This document shows positions 26,008-37,255 of a stretch of DNA of 64,000 nt, one piece after another; position 1 is the stretch's first letter; every line of letters starts with the position of its first letter. The position numbers and the translations under genes are program-made. Origin of the DNA: Chromera velia (Eukaryota); NCBI GenBank assembly GCA_018398765.1, contig JAHBMJ010000277.1, positions 62,001-126,000 of the forward strand, in the 5' to 3' direction. A model generated the notes under the pieces. That model was not told the DNA's origin and ran no database searches. It saw nothing but the letters and a program-made list of their open reading frames with translations.

Positions 26008-28949
26008 TGCAGACCTTCGTGGAGGTGGTGGACTCGAATTATGGGCAGTTGTGCAGAACAGAGACGTGCACCCAGGAGGGGGCCAACAAGGTGGCAGACA
26101 GAGCTCGGCAAATTGAGAAGACCCACATGGTTCGTTCGTTGGTTCGTTGGTTGTTGGGGTGCAGCAATGCATGGGGGTCTGTCGTGTCCGTTTTCTGTTG
26201 GTTGTCTTTTTTGGTGCTCCCTCCGATCGGGAGGGATTTGTCGAGAAGCAGATTTCTCTTTCCTTTCTCTCTCCCAGTCGACTCCCTTGAGTACTTCTGC
26301 GTGAACGGACTGCGCGTCGTCAGCTTGCAGGCAGACCTTCTTAATTTCCCTTACCCACGAGTTCTTTCTGTCCGTCTGTCCCAAAGTCATTTCTCCTCGC
26401 TTCCCCTGTTCCTCCCCATCCTTCCTTGATTTTTTCTTCTCTTCTCTCCTCCTCTCTTCCTTTCTGCAGGCCGCTCTTCAGGCGGTCGAGGAGGGCATCA
26501 AGAAGGGAGAGGAGAAGTCGGGGGAGACAGTCAGGAAACTCATCGCTGCAGGCACAAAAGAACTGGGGGAGCAAAACAAGACAGTCAGCCAGCAAGTGAG
26601 GCATGCAGACAGAGAGGGAGGAGGTAAGTGGAACAGTGCAATCGAGAAAAAAAAAGGGGGGGGGGGAAGGAAGCTGTGCCGTACGTTTCGTTTCGTTTCC
26701 TTTCCTTTTTTTGCTCTTTTCCTCTTCTCTACATGCAGGTAATCACAAAAGAAAGCGATTCCCGCCTGTATGCCTCTTCCCGCCTGCCATCTTGCTTCCT
26801 CCAAACGATCCTGCAGGTGTCTGTTTACCTGGCGAAGAGGAAAGAAGAGTCCATTCCCGGGTTGAGGAAACAGCTTGAGGAGTGCGGTGAAGTTCTTTCC
26901 AAGGGTCTGGAGGAGCACGCAGACAGGCTGAGGGAGACAGAGGAGAGACTCAACTGGTTCTGTGACCGTTCAGAAAAGGTCAGGTCTTTGTGAATGCGTG
27001 CGTTCGCCTGTCTCTCTCTTTCTCTGCTGTCTGCACGCATGTGTTTGTTCTTCAGTCAGCTTCCGTCGCTCTTTCCGCTTCCTTCTACGCTTGGGCGGGG
27101 AGGCATTTTTCGTCCATGCAGGCAAGACGATGCCTCGTTTGGTTCTCTGGAAGGGATGGATGGAAGAAATTCTTGTACCTTTTCCTTGTCACTTATTTAG
27201 TGGAGTGATCTTTGGGCACAATTAAGACCTTTCAGAGCCCCCCCCCCCCCCCCCGCTCTGGTTCTTCCTCCACCAGGGGGGGGCGTCGTTTCCCTGCGCT
27301 TCCATTTTTCGTCTTCCTTTCGATCTGCCCACCTTCTCATCTCTCTCTATCTGTCCATCTGCATGTCCATTTCCCCCCTTTCCTTTCCCCCTTTGCCTTC
27401 CCTTCACTTTCCACATGCACGTATGCAAACGAGCAGGTCATGCCGACAGGGCAGACACCTGCGAAGTGGGACGGCATCGCGACGCCCTCACCTGCGAAGG
27501 GGTCGGGGTCTCCGGACTTCCACAGGTGGGCGGGCAGCTGGGCAGGAAGTCTGGGTGGCAGTGAAACAAATGGAGGGAGAGGAGCTTGTATGTCTGTCTA
27601 TCTGGTGTATCTGTCTGATGCATGCCGGGTTTGAGTAGTTTGTATATCGATGTGTTCCTGTCCGAGATTCCGGAAATAAGTGGTATGGTCAGCCTTCCTT
27701 TTTTCCTCCTTCTTCGCTTTTTTGTGCGTGTAGTTTTTTCAGCATCGTTGCTCCCTCCCTCCCTCTCTTTCTCTCTCTCCCTTTCTGCGTGTTCTTTCTT
27801 TTCTTTTCTTTTGTGTTCAGGCGGCGTTGCCGTGACGCTGTGGCGCGTCGACTTCGTTTCGACGCTTCGGGTTCTCCCCTTCCTCTTTCCTCGATTGAAG
27901 AGGGGACGGAGGGGGGAGACGGGGGGCAAGCACAAGCCCTGCAGGGGGGCCGAGGGAGACCCCGGACACCCCGGGGGGCGGACACGACGACAGGAGGAAG
28001 CGGAACGGGAACAGGCGGTGCAGCTGCGAGGCTTGCCAGTCGTTCGCCTTGCCCCTGTCCTGTGAAGGGCGAAAAAAGGTCAAACAGCAGTGACAAAGGG
28101 GGGCCGTTGCTAGCGTCAGATGGTGACGGGGAGGGAAAGGGCGGAGGCAGATGCGCCTCTCGAGATGGTCTCACCGAAGCCGCAACCTTCCACGCAGGGC
28201 AGACAGTCCAACAACCCGCAGAAGAGACGGACGCCACCCCCCCCTCGTGGCGCCCCCTCCCGCTCCCTGCCCAGATGCGAGGAGGAAAAAAGAAAGCCGC
28301 ACCGGCCCCCCGCACCTCAGCAGAGAAAGACTCAAAGGACACGAAGACAACCAAAGGGCGCAACCCTCCTCCCCCCCTGCCTGGCGGGAGAGTCCGACCG
28401 AAAGACGCAGCCCCTGCAGGTGCTGTGCGTCGTTTCGTTACAGAGAATGCCGCGACTCGTGGCGGTCCGGCGGCTGCCCGAATGAAGATCAAGGGGACGA
28501 CGTCGGAAAAGGAGAAAGAGAAAGAGACCACCGAAGCTCCCGATGAGAACACGAATGTCGGTGCTGCAAACCCAACCCCAACAGCAGCAGCAGGAGGCGG
28601 AGGCAAGCACAAGATGATTGTGAGATCCCAGACGGGAACTGCGGCTCCCTCCTCGTCAGTCTCCCCCCTCACGATTGCCCCCACGCCTAAGCCGACCATG
28701 CTGAAGACCCCCTCCCCCTCCCCGCAAATCCTTCGAAACAAACTAGAGAAAGATCAACTTGACAAAAAGGTGCGCGATGCGAGCGACAGCAGCGAGTGCC
28801 AGACTACACAGTCCCCTCCCCCGACTGAGAAGACGGCAGGAGACGATGAAGAAGAAGAAAGAGCAACTGGCAGGACTGGAGAGGAAGACGAAAAGCCGGC
28901 CTCCCCTTTCCCTGCTGCTGTTCTTTCCGACGCAACGAATGTCCAGTAA
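16620..28949 (+). CDS. Kinesin-5 (BimC/Eg5/KIF11 family), multi-exon
   Basis: [11 protein letters not shown]-loop [26 protein letters not shown]; switch I NKCSSRSH; switch [33 protein letters not shown]; coiled-coil stalk exons; BimC-box-like PTGQTPAK at ~27443. First exons 16620-16904, 17366-17605, 17893-18129, 18529-18726; last exon ~27821-28949. Confidence 0.93.
18125..18390 (+). repeat. ~78-bp intronic tandem repeat carrying donor-like AAGGTGAGT
   Basis: gaccagagggggg.gcgaacggagaaggtgagtgccttgacgagagaagggaacagagacagagag repeated about three times after kinesin exon 3. Confidence 0.8.
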
Positions 28950-29799
28950 AGGAAGGAAGGGAGGGTGGGTGTGGAGTGAGAGACACCGAGGGCACAGAAA
29001 AGAAAAGATCGGGGGCGGAGAGAGGAGAAAAGAAGGAGAGGATGAGGGACGAGGCAAAAAAAGGGGAGGATGAGGAAAGGAATTGAGAGCATCCATGCAC
29101 CGAAGAAAAGATCCATAGAGCTCCTGGATGCATGGGGGGGGGACCTCTTCTTTCTTTCTGTATGCATGAGTGCAAAAAGATCGAGTCACTGGCTGTGATT
29201 CCCTTCTCTTTCCTTTCCCCCTTCATTCCTTCCTTGTCTGCCCCTCTCCTTCGTTCTGTGCTGCTCACAACCGCAATCTCCGTTGCCCGATGGATCTCCT
29301 CTCCTCTCTTCTCCATCTTGTTCGTCTCTCTCTTCATTAAATTGCCATGCTCTTCACATGATAGTGCTGCCAGCACTCTCCGCTCTACTCTCCAGGTGCA
29401 AGGAGGGGGTGGGGGGAAGCCTGCCTCTGTGCCTCTCTCTTTGTGCCCCCCCCCCAATTTGGTTTCTTTCTTTCAAGTTTCGATTCTTCTTTTGCATCGG
29501 AGAGAACAAAGGTCACCTTCGCATGCTGTGGGCATGCAAGCAAAGGCCTTGAGTGAGGGCTCCTGTACAGATCTAATCTTTGTTCCTCCATAAAGTCGAC
29601 CATCGTATCGGTCTCTCTAGCTCATGTCTGCATGCATGCATGCATCCTTAATTATTCGTGCCTGTACGTGCACGCGCCTGCCTGCCTGCCTGCCTGCATG
29701 GCGGACTCGCTGTTTTGGTGTAAACCTACGGGGACTTTCTCGGAGCATGCTGCGTCCAAGTTGGCAAATTGTGCAAACTTTGGACACGGGTGGACAGAC

Positions 29800-29839
<40 letters not shown>

Positions 29840-30511
29840 CATGCACTCGATGATTCGGTTCGAATGCGAAGACCCGGCTTCCGGCGGCTTTCCTCGCAAG
29901 AGTCGTAACGTATGTCAATACCGACAGGTTGCATGATCAACAAGTGGTGATCTGAAGCTTGTTGAATCATAAATTGTTGCCGCTGCTTAATACATGACTT
30001 GCCACAAACTTGAAAGATGTGTTATATAATCAATGTTCCTAGTGCTGTTCAATGTTCATGCATGTTTAAATTTGATTGAATATTTTTTTTAATTTTGATT
30101 GAACGATTGATTAAGAGATTTGGCTAGAGATTTGGTCAATGATTTTATGATGGATTGACTAGTTTTGCACTCGATTGTGCATTATTCTGCACTTATATGT
30201 AACTTTTTATACTTTGGTTTTTAGTTTAATTTTTTTTGTGTGTTAATTATAATCTGCTAGGTTAATCTGTCATTAAAGTTTTTGTAGGCTTTGCTTTGCT
30301 GGTACATGTAGAGCCCATGCAGCACTAGACACAGTGTTTGCTATATAGCCATTTTTATAGCCAAAAAAACCCTCGAACAATGCGACGAACATAAAAGTGT
30401 TCAATGTCGTTAATTAAATTATGAGGGAAAAGTGAGGGTGGAGGGACTCAAACCCATGCAGGACCTCGCTGCACCAATCTTTTGAACTTATGCAGGCCAC
30501 TAGCTCTGGTA

Positions 30512-30775
30512 TAGAGTCGTTAAATGTCATTAATATCATGGTAGGAGGTTAAAATTTAGCTTAGCCTAGAGCTTAGCAAATTTTAAACTTTTTGTCTCAC
30601 TCTAGGCCTCACTTTACTTCACGTCTACCTCAAAAGTTAAAGCGTAATATGAAAACAAATGAAAAAAAGGAAGTATCAACACTATACTAAAACCTAAATG
30701 TCATTGACACTGAGTGTCATTCCAAGCTCAAGTGTTGATACTGACATTTGTCGCCTATAACATTTAACAACTCTA
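30512..30775. mobile_element. Decayed MITE-like element with ~19-bp inverted termini and TA ends
   Basis: atagagtcgttaaatgtca (30511-30529) versus the reverse complement of 30758-30776 (atagagttgttaaatgtta): two C/T differences. Confidence 0.5.
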
Positions 30776-31874
30776 TTCTGGTATGGCAATGATATTCAGA
30801 ATGAGGTCTTAAACTAGATCCTGAATTAGTCAGAGTCTTTTGTCTAGTGACCCCTAGTCTTTTACAATTTTTGAATCACAAACTTCCAACTTCCAGTTTT
30901 TCATATAAAAAATACTATACGGACGATTAAATATATTTCCTTCTCATTCTCTACTACTTTGCACGATGATTCGAAAAAAATCTTTTCACGCAAATATGAG
31001 AGATCGAGGCTAAAACCATAGGGCTAAAGGAGAAATCAAGCACCAAAAGGCGGCGGACAAAGCGTAAATGGCCCTTTTCCTGTTCTGGCAGAACCATTGA
31101 ACACCCCACGCCACGCCACACGTGCATCCTGGCTCCATCGTTTTGACCACTCATGATCACTCATGTCTGGACATGCAACGTGCACCGAACGAAGACAGAT
31201 GCACCCAAAAAATGCCCATGTAAGCGGCATTTCTTCCTCTCATTGCCCTTCCTTGAGTTCAGTGCAGCCTGCACTAACACGCACCCGCCGGCCTGCCTGT
31301 AAGAAATCCTTTACTCATCATTATCATCCTCCCACCAACTTACTCACTCACTCACTCGTTCAGACATTGTAGTTCAGAGTAATCGACGGTAATCAATCGA
31401 AAAAAAAAATGCACGGAGCCTCGATCCACCCACCCACCCATCCATCCATCCATCCATCCATGCATCCACCCACCCACCCATCCATCCATCCGTATGGATC
31501 TGCATGGCGGCAATGGTCGTCTTGTCTCTCTACGCAATTCTTTCTTTCTTTCCTTCTTTCTTTCTTTCTTTTTTTTTCTTTCATTCCTTCTTCCTTTCTC
31601 CCTTCCTTCCTTCCTTCCTTCCTTCCTTCCTTTCGTTCGTTCGTTCGTTCGTTCTTTCTTTCTTTTTTTCTTTTTGGGAAGTCTCAGTAGACAAAAGCAA
31701 CTCCGTGAAGATTCCCCCCCCACCCCCCGCCGCCCCCCCTTCAGTTTCTTTCTTTCCAGATTAACAGACGTGGACAGAGATGGGGACAGGCACAGGGACA
31801 GACAGAGAAAGAGAAAGGGTATCTGAGAATGGTCTCGCTCTCTCGAAGCTGAGTCATCGAATATATGAGGTTCG

Positions 31875-32145
31875 TCAGATTTTGTGTTTTCTCTTCTGCA
31901 GCCACTCGGCCACCCATCCCTCTGTCAAGATACCCACGATCAAGCCGCCCATAAACGTCACCATCTTCGTCCGCTCCTGCACACAATGAGAGATGCATAT
32001 TCAGGTAACACACTTACACGCTTACATACTTACCCACTCACACACTTACACACTTACACGCTTACACACTTACACTTACACTTACACAGACACACACACA
32101 GACACACACACAGACACACACACACACACTTACACACTTACACAC

Positions 32146-32209
<64 letters not shown>

Positions 32210-32235
32210 GCACACGCACGCACGCACACAGACAA

Positions 32236-32268
<33 letters not shown>

Positions 32269-32299
32269 CGCACGCACACACATATATGGACACACATAT

Positions 32300-32332
<33 letters not shown>

Positions 32333-34632
32333 AACACACACGAACACACACACGCACACAAATGACCTCTGAACTCCCCACAAAGATGCGCGCGCAATTG
32401 ACAAAAGCTGGCCCTGGACAGAGCCCACACAATCCCCATCCCACACCTGCAGGGAGGAAGGCAGACGCCCATCCAACGTGAACCAACGGTCGATCGACTA
32501 TGGACGGACGGACACATAACAGTTACTAAGCAGGCACCTTCACACACGTAAAGAAAGTAAACGATTTTTGGCACTTTGCAACAGAAACAAAAACTTGAGG
32601 GAGATTTTCTTTTTGCACTCGCAAAGAGAGACATAAAAGGTTCGAACGCACAGGCGAGCAAGAAGTCCTCTATCGATGATACGCTTGCGAACCGCCCGTT
32701 TGACCTCCTGTCTTCCCATCAGAAAAAACACACACAAAAAAACAGTCACAGACAGACGGAGCGACTGCTAGAATACGAATTTCCACTGTAATCTAATGGG
32801 TGTTTCCAAAAAAGTTCGAGGAAAGAAGAGGAATTAAGTAGAGAGTCATGCAGAGAGTCTCTCATTGCAGAGAAGAGAAATCCGAACAAATGAATTGAAC
32901 TTAGACAGACAAATGCATTCACAAGGGGAACGAAGAAAAGCAAGACCGAACAAACAGACTGGCAGCTAGGTTTTTTTTTTTCCAAGGGCAAGAAAGAAAG
33001 TTCCATCCATCCCACTTTGCTTGCTGGAGACGTTCTTGAAAGATGGATCAGAACGCCGCAACAAGAAGGGACATACCCACCGAAAATTGCCGCCCCCGCC
33101 AGCAGGCGTGCGTCAACACTGCCTGCTGGTTTGGGGGGCAAAGGGTCTCCCGAGGGGTTCACCCCCTTTTCTCGGAGACGGAAGAAGAGGAACGTGACCG
33201 CGAGAGCAGTAGAGAACAGAAGCCACAGAGACGGGTCCCACTCCTCCCTGCATGCAAGCAAGCAGGCAGGCAGGCAGGCACCCTAGGCCCCACCACATGC
33301 CTAATTTGATGACTGTGGGTGATTGCGCGTGAAGAAGTTTTGCACTCAAGCAACCGAAGTGGCGGTCCGTTGCATGTATGAACACTCGAAGCAGATTGTT
33401 CAAGACAAACGAACAATTACGAAACTGGATTAATTTTTGAAGGCATCACTGCACCGGTGGGTCACCGAAAAGAAGATGGATGCCCATGCAACACCAAAGA
33501 GCACAAAGAACGACATGGCAAGGTTTGTTTCGTTCATCGATCCTTTTTTTTTTGTTTCTCCATGGAGGGTTTGATTTGTTTTTTTTCGCAAACAGACCTG
33601 AAAGGTTTACATTCACGTGAACTACAGAGGGCTTGTACGCATAGACACAACCAAGCCATCAAACAGAGAATTCAGCACATCGCACTGCAGAAAGCATCCG
33701 AAGTCACTTCAAAGACAGCGAGCGACCAGAGAAACAGACGATGCTCCCTGATTAGATTGGAACAAGGAAGCCCTTTCTTTTCCGTTCCCTTTATCCTGGA
33801 CCAGCCTTTTTTTCTTGGATGCTTCACAGCAGGATCAATTCCTCAAAAAATTGCTCTAGCTTTATTTTTCCTGAAGACCTCCCGTTCCATCATCTCACGC
33901 TTCTAAATCTCTTCGATCCTGCCTGATACACATGCATGCTGTATATACTACATGCGAATTAACAAACCCACCCACCGACCGACTCACCAGATGTTGAAAG
34001 CGTTCACGACTTTCTCCTGCACCGTCATGCCTCCGATGCCCAAACCCAACGCAAACAGAACGCCCACCCCAAACCCAACAGCAACCTTCAGGCCAACAGA
34101 GAGACAGGCAGACAGCTAGCCAGAAGAGAGAACATGTGAGAGTTTCACGATGCACCCATAGGCAGCAAGGGAACGCACAGGAAGACTACATTGGAAGAGA
34201 AGAGAAGACTCGAGTTAGAAGAATGGGAAGCTGAGAAAGGATAAAAAAAAAAGAAAGGAGAAAAGTCTGGTCTCCCCTTTTCTCTTTTTCTTGTTCACGC
34301 CCTCTCGCTCACCTGTCCCGCCTGTTTGTCAACGAATTTCCGCATCGCAAAACAGGCCGCCAAGATAAGCACTCCCATTGCTGTAGTCCAAAAAAAGACC
34401 TCCAATTCCCCCGCAGTGCCCCCCTTCAGACCCGAGATCACAGGACCCGTCCCGTTTTCCCACAGAGCTCTGAGCTGCTCAAAGTGTGACACCATTCCCA
34501 CCAAAAAGCCGAAGCACACGAATGTCGCTGTGGCTGCCAGAGACCTCACGGAGAAACGAGACTGCAGACAAGAATCGATATTGGATGCGTAGGAAAAGGT
34601 GTTCAACGCGAATGTCGAAATTGCCAACAAGC

Positions 34633-34663
<31 letters not shown>

Positions 34664-35274
34664 ATGCAGACATGGAAAGCTTCCTGGGACCAACCAGGGC
34701 AAGTTAGGCTTTTGGAAGGCGAGGGGAAAAACAACCAGACATTGGAACCCAGACTGTGTTGCGCCCCCCCTTTTCCCTTCCTGCGTGCATCGAGTGTCTT
34801 TTCACAGGCTTTCAGAAGGGAGGGCGAGAGAGCCTCCGAAGACTCGAAGGGCAACGTCAGCGGCAGCACTCCCATCAAAACAACAATCCAACCAGTGGCA
34901 GAAATGGACAAAGAGGAGAAAAGTACAAAACATGAGAGGACAGACTCGATCCCTGAATGCTCTTTTCCTGATCTTATTTTCCGTATCTGGAATCCAAGTT
35001 GAACCTCTTCCTCTCTTTCCTAAATCCCATTGGAAGGACTGACCAAGCCACAGAGACCGTGTCCCGCCGTACAACCTGCATGCATGCACCCGTTTCCATC
35101 TCAGTGAATGAATTTTAAAATACACACACGCACAACACAAAGTAGCTGTAGAGCTGTCCACAGTAACATATTCACATTCTTTTTTGTAGCCTGATCAGAT
35201 CATGCGGCCCGTACACACACATGCGCGCCAGCCTTTCCTTCCATCGATTCCTGCGTCCGTTTCTTTGTCTGTCT

Positions 35275-35315
<41 letters not shown>

Positions 35316-35338
35316 GTCTCTCTCTCTGTCTGCCTCTC

Positions 35339-35397
<59 letters not shown>

Positions 35398-36637
35398 GTC
35401 TGTCTGTCTCTCTCTCCCTCTGTGCGTGTGTGTGTGCGCGCGTGTGTGTGTGTGTGCTCCCAGTTTGCACGCTTTGGCCCTCTGCGGCATCAGAAGGAAG
35501 GGAGGGAAGGAGGAAAGGGAGGTTGGATGGATCCTCAAGCGGTCGCTGCCCGCCTTCTGTCTCGATGAACCGTCGGACCGTCTTTTCGGCCTTTGGCGCC
35601 TTCCGGGGTCCTGTCTGCACGTGTGCATGACCCCCGAGCTTCCGGGCCCCGTACCGCCAAGAACATTTATCGCATGATTGCTGCCTGACTAACAAGTTTC
35701 CGACACCCATGCCCTGAAGTATGTTGATGATGTTACTGGATCATATTCTTGTCTGCATGTGGTTCTGCCTGACTGACCGTTTCCCATTGAGGTTCCGAAC
35801 CCCACGCAAAGACCCCCGCCCAAATAGATCCACAAGGGCAACGCGGCCAAGGGGGAAAACGCAACACTGCGCAATGTGGGTTGCGCCTGCATCCCCACCC
35901 CCGTGGCAACCATGGCGAAAATGTACGCGAGACGGTACCAGAGGTCATTCGAGTCTTTCACCTGCCGCTTCACGAGGGCCCCCAGGATCCCGCTGTTCCC
36001 TGCGATTCTGCACTCAGGATGAGGATCGAGGCAGTCAGGGGGGGCACGGGTGCACATGCAGGCAGGCGAGCGGGCAGGGAGGGAGGCAGGAAGGCAAGCA
36101 AGCAGGTAGGCAGGCAAGCAAGCAGGCAAGCAGGCAGGCAGGCAGGCAGGCAGGCAAGCAAGCAAGCAGGCAGGCAGGTAGGCAAGCAAGCAGGCGGGCA
36201 GGCAGGTAGGCAGGCAAGCAAGCAGGCAGGCAGGTAGGCAAGCAAGCAAGCAGGCAGGGAGGAAGGCAGGTAGGCAGGCAGGTAGGCAGGTAGGCAGGTA
36301 GGCAGGTAGGCAGGCAAGCAAGCAGGCAGGCAGGTAGGCAAGCAAGCAAGCAGGCAGGGAGGAAGGCAGGTAGGCAGGCAGGTAGACAGGTAGGCAGGCA
36401 AGCAGGTGGGAAGGCAGGCAGGCAGGCAGGCAAGCAGGCAGGCGTGTGAGGGCCAGGAAAATCGCTTCAATTCTCTAGAGACGGCAATCACGCCTTACAT
36501 GCACCGTCTACATGCATGGAAGTTCCCCCAAGGACACGCGGGGATTCACTGACCGACCGGTTGTTGAGCATCCACATTCCCCCCACAGCACATCCTATCA
36601 CACAGCCCCCGAAGAGGGAATACACCCACGTGAACAT
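31875..36637 (-). CDS. YeeE/YedE-family sulfur (thiosulfate) transporter, two-module fusion, multi-exon
   Basis: [99 protein letters not shown]; last exon ends KHKI-TGA at 31875. Confidence 0.9.
32005..32360. repeat. (CA)n-rich intronic microsatellite
   Basis: Long ca/cacactta tract. Confidence 0.9.
36058..36442. repeat. (GGCA/AGCA/GGTA)n intronic tetranucleotide tract
   Basis: Continuous ggca/agca/ggta units. Confidence 0.9.
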
Positions 36638-37255
36638 CGTCTTTCAGTCCTCAGCTAGGTCTACTGGCCTTCAGTGGAGGCTCTTCCGCTGCAAGATGAC
36701 AGTCTTCGATCGCATCTGATGACAGACGCGCTTGGCGAGAGGCAGGTGTCAAGCCGCGCCCTTGCTAGGATGCAGCTACACAGTGAATTAAGAAATGGAT
36801 GCGTTGCATACGAGCGTCCTCACTTGCCAGAGCGACGTTGTGTCAGACAACGGTACGTTGTGTTCAGCCTGACTGAGGAGCATTCGACAAATTAATTTCG
36901 ACAAATTTCGACAAGCTGCATGTGCGGCGGCGCATGCATGCATGGCCGCGGCCCCGGCCGCGGACGCGCGCGCGCCCGCGGGGCCGGCCCGCGGCGACGC
37001 ATCGCCATGCATTGTCACCCTCAATGCAAGATAATGCAAGGAGAGCGTATACTGTTCATAAGCTGTCTGAGAATGTCTGAGAGATTCCGAGAGTCGATTT
37101 GTAAGGAGTAACGCTTCTCAAATTTCATTATCTGTAAGGAATGGCTGATCACTGAGCCGACATGCAGGTTTCAGGGTTCCTCTGAGAGGAGACGGGAGAA
37201 GCAGCGTCTTCCTCATCCGCCATTTTGGAGTTGGTGAGGTCGTGTGGGGTGCACA

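Noticed and set aside
25119..26116. ORFs rich in CV/HT/SL repeats (also at 31884-32661, 35195-36491, 40901-41537)
   Set aside because: They are translations of intronic microsatellites.
27689..28741. 350-aa antisense ORF
   Set aside because: Shadow of the GC-rich last kinesin exon; no domain signal.
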